Part shown: piece by piece, positions 46,504 to 54,602 of the stretch
Position numbering within the stretch: position 1 is the stretch's first letter
How the letters are laid out: each line of letters opens with the position of its first letter
Virus record (IMG/VR): IMGVR_UViG_3300033555_000005
Coordinates: 1,366-65,365 of that record
Source: a virus
DNA length: 64,000 bases
Strand: one strand, 5' to 3'
Translations under genes and position numbers: made by a program
The notes under the pieces: generated by a model
The model's input: the letters and a program-made list of their open reading frames with translations, nothing else
The model's database searches: none
What the model was told of the DNA's origin: nothing

Positions 46504-46508
46504 GTTGG

Positions 46509-46543
46509 GGAACGTAGCAGAATCTGATCTAGGTGCAGTGCAA
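46509..46543 (-). promoter_or_regulatory. promoter for leaderless HTH transcript
   Basis: (T/C)TGCAC...TGC-TACGTT; 12-bp exact match to 2277-2288; -10 box ends 7 nt before ATG, no RBS. Confidence 0.7.
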
Positions 46544-46558
46544 CGCCGAAAGGCGCTG

Positions 46559-46951
46559 TCATCTTGAAGAGCGTGGCTTTCGCAACGTGCCGATCTTCGC
46601 TCTGCCGGTGTACCGGTCCGGTCGGTCCCCCTCATGGACTAGAGCCGACACGGGCCTCTTGAGCAGTTCCGCTGCAGTCAGGCGGTGATGCCCGTCTGCC
46701 GTGAGCGTCTCTCCACCGCGCCGAGCCAGGAGAACAGGGGGCACGTCCGCGCCGTCGCGGTAGCCCTGCATGGCTGACTGCACGCGCGCATCAGACTCTG
46801 GGTACCGCTGGAACCGCACCCTCGAGGGGTGGATGTCCTCCTTGCTGACCCGCATGGGAGCACCAGGCTCTCCATCGTTCACCAGCTCGTTGACAGCGTG
46901 GTGGAGGTAGACGTCGCCTCCGAACTGCTCGCCCAGCACGCGAAGGCTCAT
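46559..46951 (-). CDS. stand-alone ParB/Srx-domain protein 1
   Basis: VPPVLL...TADGHHRLTAA; N-terminal LGEQF. Confidence 0.82.
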   Translation of the reverse strand: MSLRVLGEQFGGDVYLHHAVNELVNDGEPGAPMRVSKEDIHPSRVRFQRYPESDARVQSAMQGYRDGADVPPVLLARRGGETLTADGHHRLTAAELLKRPVSALVHEGDRPDRYTGRAKIGTLRKPRSSR

Positions 46952-46970
46952 GTTCGGGATGCTCCCACGC

Positions 46971-47004
46971 CGAAGGGCCGACCCCGTGAGGAGCCGGCCC
47001 TTCG
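46971..47004 (-). terminator. stem-loop after major capsid gene
   Basis: CGAAGGGCCG/CGGCCCTTCG 10-bp perfect inverted repeat. Confidence 0.75.
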
Positions 47005-47021
47005 GTGAGGTGCGGGTTCAG

Positions 47022-47999
47022 CTAGTTGGTCTCGGCCACCACGACGGCGTTGTCCGTGATGAGACCGAAGCCCCAGATGGCGTACCAGGCGAGGGCGTGC
47101 TCACGACCGAAGTCGAGGATGCCGCCGTCGCGCAGCTCCACCGGGAGGCTGATGGCGTGGCCGAAGGCGTTGTCGCCCATGAAGATGGCCTGGTAGACGT
47201 CCGGGCCGGTCGTGACCTTGCGGACCTGAGTCGTCTCGATGAAGACGACGTCGTTGATCCGGCCGATCTCGCCGAGCATGAAGTTGCCGGGAGCGGCGTA
47301 CTTCGAGACCTCGAAGAACTCGGGGTCGTCCCGCAGACGACGGGACTGGTGCGGGTGCACGAAGCAGACGTAGGTCTCGCCGAGGCGCGGGACGTTCTTG
47401 GTGGCGAGCGTCTCGACGGCGTCCTTGATGACGGCCATGGTCATGTGGAACTGGCCGGTCAGGCCCGCCCGGTTGGCCGCCGGCGTGCCGTCGGCGTACG
47501 GGTTGTAGCTGGCGTTCGTCGACAGCTGCGGGTTGGAGTACCCGAAGATGATGGACGACGCCGTGAGGATGGTGTCGCGGGCGCTGCCGTCGAGGTACAG
47601 CGCCATGTTGCGGCCGAGCAGACGCGAGGCGCTGGCCATGACGTCGTCGAACGACGCGTTGAGCAGCAGCTCGGAGACGGCGACGGCGTAGCCCTGCTCC
47701 GCGACGGTGATCTGGTACTGCGAGGCGCTCAGCGCGTTCGTCTGCATGCGCACGCCCTCGACGAGCTGCGAGGCGCTGCCGAGGTTGTTGTAGCGCATGA
47801 AGTTGATCGTGAGACCGGGCTGGACGCCCAGCTCGGTCTTCTTCACCGCGAACTGCTCGAAGCGCAGGATCGGCATCGACTGGAAGAGGATCTCCTTCGA
47901 CCAGATGGACTGGATCGCCGGACCGAGCTGCGAGTTGGCACCCGCGTAGGCCGTGGGGGACGCCGAGAGGTACGGCGTACCGGTGATGGCATTCGCCAT
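47022..47999 (-). CDS. major capsid protein, N4-gp56 family
   Basis: 325 aa; LRFEQFA, GLTINFMRY, YVCFVHPHQSRRLRDD, GEIGRINDVVFIET, DFGREHALAWYAIWGFG. Confidence 0.93.
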   Translation of the reverse strand: MANAITGTPYLSASPTAYAGANSQLGPAIQSIWSKEILFQSMPILRFEQFAVKKTELGVQPGLTINFMRYNNLGSASQLVEGVRMQTNALSASQYQITVAEQGYAVAVSELLLNASFDDVMASASRLLGRNMALYLDGSARDTILTASSIIFGYSNPQLSTNASYNPYADGTPAANRAGLTGQFHMTMAVIKDAVETLATKNVPRLGETYVCFVHPHQSRRLRDDPEFFEVSKYAAPGNFMLGEIGRINDVVFIETTQVRKVTTGPDVYQAIFMGDNAFGHAISLPVELRDGGILDFGREHALAWYAIWGFGLITDNAVVVAETN

Positions 48000-48041
48000 G
48001 TGGGACTTCTCCTTCTGCTTGTCGTGGGTGCCCGGCTGGGT

Positions 48042-48887
48042 CTAGCCGAACATCCCGCGGTCACGCTGCTGCTGCGAAGCAGCGCCCAGCAGCCGGCCCC
48101 GGTTCTGTGCGTACGTCGTCATGTCCATGCCGCGAATGTCATCGGCGCTGACCGTTTCGTATCCCGAGTTGTTGTCCATTGGCCCCACTGGCGGTGCAGT
48201 GACACCGACACCCCGAGCGCCCTGGCGGGCGCTCTGGGTAGCCGAGGCCACCTGCTGGAGGATAGAGGCGCTGCGCGAGACCATCGCGGAGACCGCGGAG
48301 TCCAGCTCGGCCTCGTTGTTGCCGGCGACGAGGTCGCGCAGCTCAGGCAGGATGTCGTTGCCGTGCTGCTCCAGGAGCTGGCCGCGGTAGGCCATCAGCT
48401 CGTTGAACTGCCGCTCCTTGGCCAGGATGGCGTCGCGCTCGGCGAGCTGCTGCTGCAGCGTCTGCACCTGGCTGAGGGTCTGCTGCTGGTACTCCTCGAG
48501 CTTCTGCCCGAAGCTCAGCTCGGCGAGGCGCTTCTCCTCCGAGGCGTTCGCCGCGGCCAGCTCGGCGGCAGCCTGTGACTCCTGGCGGGCGGTGAGGTCG
48601 GTGGTGAACGCACCCATCTGGTCCTCGAGCTTCCTGCGCGCGGTCGCCTCGGCCTCGATCCGCTCGTAGAGCTTGTCCTTCTCCTGCTGACGCGCCGCCT
48701 CGACCTGCTCGGCCGTGAACATCTGGACGGTCGGGGCTGCCACGACGGGCGGCGCGGTCGGGATGACGATGCTCGTCGGGTCGCCGACGGGGGTCGACAT
48801 GGTCGCGTCCCCGACGATGCTGCGGTGCAGAGCCAGCAGGCCCTTGATGTCGCCGCGCTGCAGGAGCGCGATGGCGAGCTTGTCCAC
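48042..48887 (-). CDS. capsid scaffolding protein
   Basis: Q/E-rich coiled coil immediately upstream of MCP; C-terminal DIRGMDMTTYAQNR. Confidence 0.82.
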   Translation of the reverse strand: MDKLAIALLQRGDIKGLLALHRSIVGDATMSTPVGDPTSIVIPTAPPVVAAPTVQMFTAEQVEAARQQEKDKLYERIEAEATARRKLEDQMGAFTTDLTARQESQAAAELAAANASEEKRLAELSFGQKLEEYQQQTLSQVQTLQQQLAERDAILAKERQFNELMAYRGQLLEQHGNDILPELRDLVAGNNEAELDSAVSAMVSRSASILQQVASATQSARQGARGVGVTAPPVGPMDNNSGYETVSADDIRGMDMTTYAQNRGRLLGAASQQQRDRGMFG

Positions 48888-48982
48888 GGTGTTGCCTCCG
48901 GTGTCGTTGTCCTAGTGCCGCGCGAGTGCGCAGCTGTCCCGTTGGACATCCTGGAGTCACCGAGGTCGGACCTCGCGGAGAG

Positions 48983-49759
48983 CTAGCGGACGGTGCTGAA
49001 CTCGACGTCGAGCTTGTGCGCCGGCATGAGCGCGCGACGTGCCGACGTCGTCGGGTCACGGTGGAAGTCCGCGATGTCGTGGCCCTCGAACTGGCTGCTC
49101 TGCATGAGCGTGTAGCCGGGCTGCCGGACGTAGTGGTCAGTCTCCGAGACCGACTTGCCGGTGAAGAGGTTCAGCTGGTCCGGGTCACGGTGGTCCGGCG
49201 CGTTGTAGCGGTTGTCGTGCGCGTCCTTGGTCTCGTTGAACGGACGAGGTACGTGCGGCGGCTTCACGACGCCGCTCTGGTCCTGCATGTAGCTGTGGTT
49301 GAAGTCCTGGTTGGACGCCGTGTGCCGCGGTGACGTCGAGGACGGAGCCTTGAAGGCGTTCCAGTTGATCTTGGGGAACGTGCCTGTCTCGCCGACGCGG
49401 GCATGGATGGCGCGCTTGATGCCGTAGCCGGTTTCGCTCTGGATCTCTCCGTACTTGCCGCCTTCCTGGTACTGGTCGTGCGCAGGCTCGACTTCGTACA
49501 CCCGGCTGCGGTAGCGCGGGTCGGGGTCGTGGTTCTCGGGGTGCGCCATGGACCGTGACCCGGTGTTGATGGCGTAGCTCCACGCCTCTTCCTCGCCGTG
49601 CGTGGCGAAGGCCATGTCAGTGTGCGCCGGCTTGCCGGCTCCCGAGCTGAAGCCTCGCGACGACAGCGCGTCCGCGCCGGTGTGCGACGACGGTCGGATG
49701 TGCGTGTCGTCGATCTGCCGCGGGGTGCCGTGGAACTGCTTGCGCTGAAGGTTTCTCAC
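48983..49759 (-). CDS. ADP-ribosyltransferase-like protein (Arr-type)
   Basis: FHGT, AFAT...AWSYA, RVYEVEP, GEIQS motifs; GTGA coupled to portal stop. Confidence 0.68.
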   Translation of the reverse strand: MRNLQRKQFHGTPRQIDDTHIRPSSHTGADALSSRGFSSGAGKPAHTDMAFATHGEEEAWSYAINTGSRSMAHPENHDPDPRYRSRVYEVEPAHDQYQEGGKYGEIQSETGYGIKRAIHARVGETGTFPKINWNAFKAPSSTSPRHTASNQDFNHSYMQDQSGVVKPPHVPRPFNETKDAHDNRYNAPDHRDPDQLNLFTGKSVSETDHYVRQPGYTLMQSSQFEGHDIADFHRDPTTSARRALMPAHKLDVEFSTVR

Positions 49760-51534
49760 GTCGTGTTGTCCACGTCCGTCGCAGGCCGGCGGCGGCCGGC
49801 GACAGTGGTTCCGTACGCGCGGGTGTTCAGGCGGGTCATCAGCGCCTGCGTGTCGCCGCTCATCGCCATGACCGCCGAGGCGGTTCCTGCGGTGCTGCCG
49901 GCCGTGACGTCCGGGCCGCCGGCGCTGACCTGCTCCGGGCCGCCGCCGCCGGCCATGCCTGCGACCGGGGGAGCGAAGGGCTGCGGCGCGCCGGGTACGA
50001 ACTGGCCGGTCTCTGCCTGCACGAGCGCGCTGATCTGGCTCTTGAGCATGTCAAGCGCGCCCTGGTTGATGGCGTCCTCGACCAGCTCCAGGAACGTCTC
50101 GCGCAGCTTCTCGTCGGGGAACACCTCGCCCAGCTCCTCCAGTGCGTCCTTCTTTGACACCAAGCCCATCTGCATCTTGAGCATAACCTCGTTGAGGATG
50201 ACGGTCTTGTCCACAGGCAGCGGCGGTGGCCAGTGGATGACCGACACGAAGCTGACAGGGTCGTCGACGTCGAGCAGCGGCTGCTGGTACGCCTTCAGCT
50301 CCTCGTTCGCCTCAGGGGACCACTGCAGTGCGAGCGGCTCCTTCATCGCCAGCGTCATGAGAGCGATCTCGTTGATCTTCTCGAGCATGCGGCCGTACGT
50401 CATCTTCTTGTGGTTGTAGCGCTGCATCATCGGCTGGTACTGGATGGCCAGCGCGACGCCGCTGGTGTTGCTGATCGGCTGCACGTCACCGAGCGCGCCC
50501 TCGGGCACACCGGTCAGCTCGTGCATGGCCTTCTTCAGCAGCTCGAGGTACTGGATGCCGGCCTGGACGCCGCCACCGCCCAGCTCGAGGTTGAAGACGT
50601 TGGCGTCCTTCGGCAGGCCGCCCCACATCTTCTTCGCGCCGCGCTCGAGCTGGCTGCTCTTCGCGCCCGTCATCACGGTCACCGGCGCGGCGTGGTAGTT
50701 GACGATGTCGGAGACGTCAGTCGCCTTCTCGTTGTACTCCCGGTTCAGCGTGGTGATGTCGTTGATGTCGGACAGGCCCCACGGACTGCCGGACACCATG
50801 ATGTTCGGAGCGAAGGCGATGGGGATGATGCCGAGCGGGTTCGGGCGCGCGTCGATGAGCTGGTCGTTGATGTACTCCTCGATGTACCCGTCCGTAAGCA
50901 GCTCGGTGTAGGTGAACACCTGCCGGGTGCCCTCAGGCGTCGTTCCCCAGAAGCGGTACTTCAGCTTGAACCGGAGGAGTCGCTGCTTGTCGTGCGGGTG
51001 GAACTCGGGGAAGCAGTAGCTGCTGTTGAGCGGGATGATGCGCAGCTTGCCAGGCATGAAGCGCTGCAGCACGCCGGGGATCGGCGCGCCGGCCTGGTCG
51101 ACGCCGGTGTAGTACGGCTCCTCGTAGGCGACCTTCGCGAAGACGTCTCCGCTCACCGACCCTTGGTTGCCCAGCTCCCAGAGCAGCGAGTCCTTGTGGT
51201 TGTCCAGCTCCCACACGCGCTCGAGCAGCGACGGAACGATGTGCTCGGTCTCCTTCGGCGAGCGGAAGTTGACCCCGCGGCCGAACGTGAAGTTCGTGAT
51301 GAAGTCGGAGAACGCCTTGCAGTAGTTGAAGGTGAGCTGCGGCTCGCCCGGCTCCCGGCGGTAGCTCCAGTGGTGGCCGAGGTAGAAGGCCCAGTTGTGC
51401 GCGTACCTGTTCAGCCGAGGACCGTGCACCTCGAACTCCTCGTCGGCAAGCTCGACCAACCCCATGGGTGAGATGGCGATGGTCAGGTCGCTGCCGGACG
51501 CGCGGTGCGAAGGGCTGTCGAAGCTGATGGTCAC
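49756..51534 (-). CDS. portal protein (SPP1 gp6-like)
   Basis: 592 aa; FNYCKAF, VSGDVFAKV, PWGLSDINDI..LNREYN, SNTSGVALAIQYQP. Confidence 0.92.
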   Translation of the reverse strand: MTISFDSPSHRASGSDLTIAISPMGLVELADEEFEVHGPRLNRYAHNWAFYLGHHWSYRREPGEPQLTFNYCKAFSDFITNFTFGRGVNFRSPKETEHIVPSLLERVWELDNHKDSLLWELGNQGSVSGDVFAKVAYEEPYYTGVDQAGAPIPGVLQRFMPGKLRIIPLNSSYCFPEFHPHDKQRLLRFKLKYRFWGTTPEGTRQVFTYTELLTDGYIEEYINDQLIDARPNPLGIIPIAFAPNIMVSGSPWGLSDINDITTLNREYNEKATDVSDIVNYHAAPVTVMTGAKSSQLERGAKKMWGGLPKDANVFNLELGGGGVQAGIQYLELLKKAMHELTGVPEGALGDVQPISNTSGVALAIQYQPMMQRYNHKKMTYGRMLEKINEIALMTLAMKEPLALQWSPEANEELKAYQQPLLDVDDPVSFVSVIHWPPPLPVDKTVILNEVMLKMQMGLVSKKDALEELGEVFPDEKLRETFLELVEDAINQGALDMLKSQISALVQAETGQFVPGAPQPFAPPVAGMAGGGGPEQVSAGGPDVTAGSTAGTASAVMAMSGDTQALMTRLNTRAYGTTVAGRRRPATDVDNTT

Positions 51535-51587
51535 GCGGGTGCTCCTAGTCCTGGGCCGTCGTGCTGCTCAGGGGGAGTCTCCCCGGA

Positions 51588-51818
51588 TCAGTCCAGGGGT
51601 ACGGCGAGAGCGAGCTGCATCCCGGTCTCGGTCTCCTCGTACTGGAGCGCAAAGCTGCCCTCAGCCGGAAGGTCTGCCGTGCCACCGGCAGTCATGAAGG
51701 TCAGGCACTGGACGCCCTCGACGGTGGTCCAGGAAACCAGTGCGTCCAAGAGCTGCACGCCCTCTGGCAGGTCGAGCGCGTACTCCAGCAGCTCGCGCGT
51801 CACGCGGATGGTGGCCAT
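51588..51818 (-). CDS. hypothetical protein (76 aa)
   Basis: ORF between ParB gene and portal; MATIRVTRELLEYALDLP. Confidence 0.6.
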   Translation of the reverse strand: MATIRVTRELLEYALDLPEGVQLLDALVSWTTVEGVQCLTFMTAGGTADLPAEGSFALQYEETETGMQLALAVPLD

Positions 51819-51859
51819 GCTGTTACCCCGAGTAGTTGGTCTGAAAAGTTGAGCGTAGC

Positions 51860-52417
51860 TCAGACTCCGTGGAGGTCCCGCGCCTTCATGCCGAAGCCGA
51901 CCTCGGCGTCCATGTCGACGTGGTCGACCTTGATGGGCTTGCCGGCGGCGCGGGCGGCCGCGACGCGGTGGTGACCGTCGACGAGGACGTCCTTGCCGCG
52001 GATGCGCATGACCCGCGGGCGCGTGGGGCCGGACCCCGGCAGCCGGGAGCTGGCACGCGCCGTCTCGCGCTCGGTCTGCAGGGTGTGCAGTGGGTGGTTG
52101 GGCTGCAGCTCGCGGACCTCCGCGCCTGCCCAGTGCTCCTCGCCGCGGAGCTTGTACGCCTGCTTCGTCGTCGCCGTGTTGTCTCGGATGAAGCCGTGCG
52201 CCTCAACGTGCGCGCTTGGCTCGTCGTTGAAGTGGACGTTGCGGGGGTCGACCTCGCGGCCGCGGAAGCGCTGAGGCTCGTCGTAGGTCAGCACGCCCTG
52301 GCCAGGTGCGTGCTGCTGCACCGCGCCGTGGAAGTGCTCCGCGCGGCCGCCGGCGGCCTGCTTGCGCGCCGACGAGTGCAGCAGGCTCTCCATGCCGGGG
52401 AGCGGCAGCTGCCTCAC
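51860..52417 (-). CDS. stand-alone ParB/Srx-domain protein 2
   Basis: RPRVMR...VLVDGHHRVAAA; GTGA coupling. Confidence 0.82.
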   Translation of the reverse strand: MRQLPLPGMESLLHSSARKQAAGGRAEHFHGAVQQHAPGQGVLTYDEPQRFRGREVDPRNVHFNDEPSAHVEAHGFIRDNTATTKQAYKLRGEEHWAGAEVRELQPNHPLHTLQTERETARASSRLPGSGPTRPRVMRIRGKDVLVDGHHRVAAARAAGKPIKVDHVDMDAEVGFGMKARDLHGV

Positions 52418-52809
52418 CGGAACTGCTCCCTGTACATCCGCGTCGCCTCGTCGAAGACGTGATGCCGGCCGGGGTGAGCCGCCTGCAGGCGCGGCAGCAT
52501 GCGCTGGGCGTCGTGGGACATGCCGTCGACCGTGTGCGTCATCGGCAGGTCGGGGTGCTCCTTCAACGCAGCTCCGTGCAGCGCCGTCGCGACGCCCTTG
52601 CCGCGGTGGTCCTCGTCGACGGTCAGGCTGTCGGGGTAGAGCGTGCGCTCGGGGAAGTAGCTCTCGTTGACGTGGTAGGTCAGGTCGCCCACTGCACGAC
52701 CGCGGTGGAACGCCTGCACGCGGCCCTCGATGCGTCCGTCGTCCCCCACCTCGTGCTCGGTCTTGACGCGCAGGTTGCTGACGGGGTCACGGCGCTGACG
52801 CATCTTCAC
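52414..52809 (-). CDS. GNAT-family acetyltransferase 2
   Basis: LTVDEDHRGKGVATALH; C-terminal REQFR. Confidence 0.8.
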   Translation of the reverse strand: MKMRQRRDPVSNLRVKTEHEVGDDGRIEGRVQAFHRGRAVGDLTYHVNESYFPERTLYPDSLTVDEDHRGKGVATALHGAALKEHPDLPMTHTVDGMSHDAQRMLPRLQAAHPGRHHVFDEATRMYREQFR

Positions 52810-53138
52810 GGCCGGCGGCCAAGCGTGCGGTTCAGCGCCTTGCCGGCGTCGCTCGCGTGCGCGGAGTGCTGGATGGTCACGCTCGGCCAGCGACGAGACA
52901 CCTCGGCGTACATGGCGGTCGCCACTCCTCTGCGCTGGTGCTCCTCCTTGACCCACACGTTGGGGTGCGCACGAGGCGCGGCGTCCCCGTCGTGCAGTCG
53001 CTGGTAGACCGACAGCCCCCCGATGGTCTTCCCCTCGTGCTGGGCCTTGACGTGCATCGCCGGGAGGCCCCAGTGCGTCTGCGGCTCGTGCTGCACCTCG
53101 ATGGTGTAGTCGTCGAACTGCCGGCCGAGCGCGCTCAC
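52806..53138 (-). CDS. GNAT-family acetyltransferase 3
   Basis: VWVKEEHQRRGVATAMY, SDAGKAL; N-terminal MSALGRQF. Confidence 0.82.
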   Translation of the reverse strand: MSALGRQFDDYTIEVQHEPQTHWGLPAMHVKAQHEGKTIGGLSVYQRLHDGDAAPRAHPNVWVKEEHQRRGVATAMYAEVSRRWPSVTIQHSAHASDAGKALNRTLGRRP

Positions 53139-53857
53139 GGCGTGAGGAACTGGCGTCCCAGCGCCCGGTGCAAGCTGCGACGGCCGATGGCCTGAGCGCT
53201 GCTGCCGAGCGTCACGATCTTCTGCTCAGCGAACTCGCCCGGCGCGAGCCCGCCGAAGTTGTTGACGCTGTTCTGCCCGCGGGTCTCGGTGGTCATCGCC
53301 GGCCGCGCCTGGCGGCTGAACATCTGGCTGTGCGAGCGCCAGGCCGCCTCCTCGCCGTCCGCGCTGAAGTTCCGTCCGGTGCCGCCGTGGCCGAAGGTGT
53401 CGTGCACCGCTCGGAACATGTCGTTCTCGTCGTTGGTGAAGAACGGGTGCGCACCGGTGACCGCGGTAGGGAGCACCTTGATGCGGTTGTTCTCGTGCAG
53501 GTCGCGCATCATCGCCTTGCTGTTCGGCGCGCCTGTGCTGGTGACGTACGGGTCGCTGCTGGCCTTCTCGACGCTGATGCCCATGCCGCCCTGGTGCTGG
53601 GGCTTGGTCATGAAGTCGTACTGCCGGCCGACCTCCTCGCGCATCGCCTTGAAGTGGGGCAGCGCCGCGTCGTCGTGCATCGGGGCGGCCGCGTAGGCGC
53701 GCGCGACGTGATGCGCGACGACGGGGTCGACGGCGACGCGGGAGAAGTCGCGGTTGCTGCTCGGCCCCATGCCGGTCAGCGCGCGGTACCGGGCGATGCC
53801 CTGCGCCACGGCGGGCACCGGGCCACTGCCTACGACGAAGTGCTCCATGCGGCTCAT
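53135..53857 (-). CDS. HDxxGH-motif protein (zincin-like metal-binding candidate)
   Basis: NDMFRAVHDTFGHG...GEEAAWRSH...TETRGQNS; C-terminal LGRQF. Confidence 0.6.
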   Translation of the reverse strand: MSRMEHFVVGSGPVPAVAQGIARYRALTGMGPSSNRDFSRVAVDPVVAHHVARAYAAAPMHDDAALPHFKAMREEVGRQYDFMTKPQHQGGMGISVEKASSDPYVTSTGAPNSKAMMRDLHENNRIKVLPTAVTGAHPFFTNDENDMFRAVHDTFGHGGTGRNFSADGEEAAWRSHSQMFSRQARPAMTTETRGQNSVNNFGGLAPGEFAEQKIVTLGSSAQAIGRRSLHRALGRQFLTP

Positions 53858-54249
53858 CAGCGTGCCCTCTCGTTCCAGAGCAGCACGTTGACGTGCTTCT
53901 CGCCGTTGATCAACGCGTTCGCGATGCGGTGGTGGCCGTCCACGATGCGGTAGCGGCCCTTCGTGTCCTTGATGACGCCGGGTGCTTGCTGGTCGTGGTT
54001 TGGGGCGTGAAGCGTGCCTTGGTCCACGATCCCCTGCGTCGGTCGCAGCGCAGACGTCTTCACGCGGGCGGTCTTCGGGTTGTACTGCGAGACCAACCGG
54101 TACTCGTGGTTGCTCTTCTCGATCTGCGGGTGCGGGAAGACGTCACCCACCGGCACAGTCTCGTGGCCCTTCGCCGGGAAGGCGGGAGCCTCCATGCCGG
54201 GGAACGGGGGCTGGTAGACGCCCCTGCCGAAGTGCGCCGTGCGGCTCAC
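53857..54249 (-). CDS. stand-alone ParB/Srx-domain protein 3
   Basis: LRPTQ, PGVIK..GRYRIVDGHHRIANA; GTGA/TGATG coupling. Confidence 0.82.
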   Translation of the reverse strand: MSRTAHFGRGVYQPPFPGMEAPAFPAKGHETVPVGDVFPHPQIEKSNHEYRLVSQYNPKTARVKTSALRPTQGIVDQGTLHAPNHDQQAPGVIKDTKGRYRIVDGHHRIANALINGEKHVNVLLWNERAR

Positions 54250-54602
54250 AGCTTGCGCACTTGGCCGATGTCGTTGTGGTTCCAGCGGACCGGGTCTGAG
54301 CTGACGAGCGGCTTGCCGTCCCACGTCATCGTGTCACCGTGCAGATGCACGCCGGCCTTGTCTACGCGGAACACGCGGCCAGTGGCCACGCCGGAAGCGC
54401 CCTTGCCGGCCATCAGCCGGTCGTGGACCGTCTCGCCCTCCTTGCCGATGGCCAGCCGAACGTGGTCACCTGCCTGCAGCTCGTGGCTCTCGATGTGGCC
54501 AGAGTGCCGCGGCAGCTGTCCAGCTTCGGCTGCGAAGTGCTCGCTGCGCGTGGTTGGCTCAGCGGCCTGTCGCATGCGCGCCTTGCGGGGGAGGTTGCTC
54601 AT
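54246..54602 (-). CDS. His-rich hypothetical protein (118 aa, MSNLPRK...)
   Basis: ATGA coupled to peptidase; LQAGDHVRL SH3/KOW-like strand. Confidence 0.65.
   Translation of the reverse strand: MSNLPRKARMRQAAEPTTRSEHFAAEAGQLPRHSGHIESHELQAGDHVRLAIGKEGETVHDRLMAGKGASGVATGRVFRVDKAGVHLHGDTMTWDGKPLVSSDPVRWNHNDIGQVRKL

Noticed and set aside
46559-54249. ParAB plasmid partition locus
   Set aside because: No ParA Walker-A protein, no HTH in the ParB-like ORFs, no parS-like repeats seen
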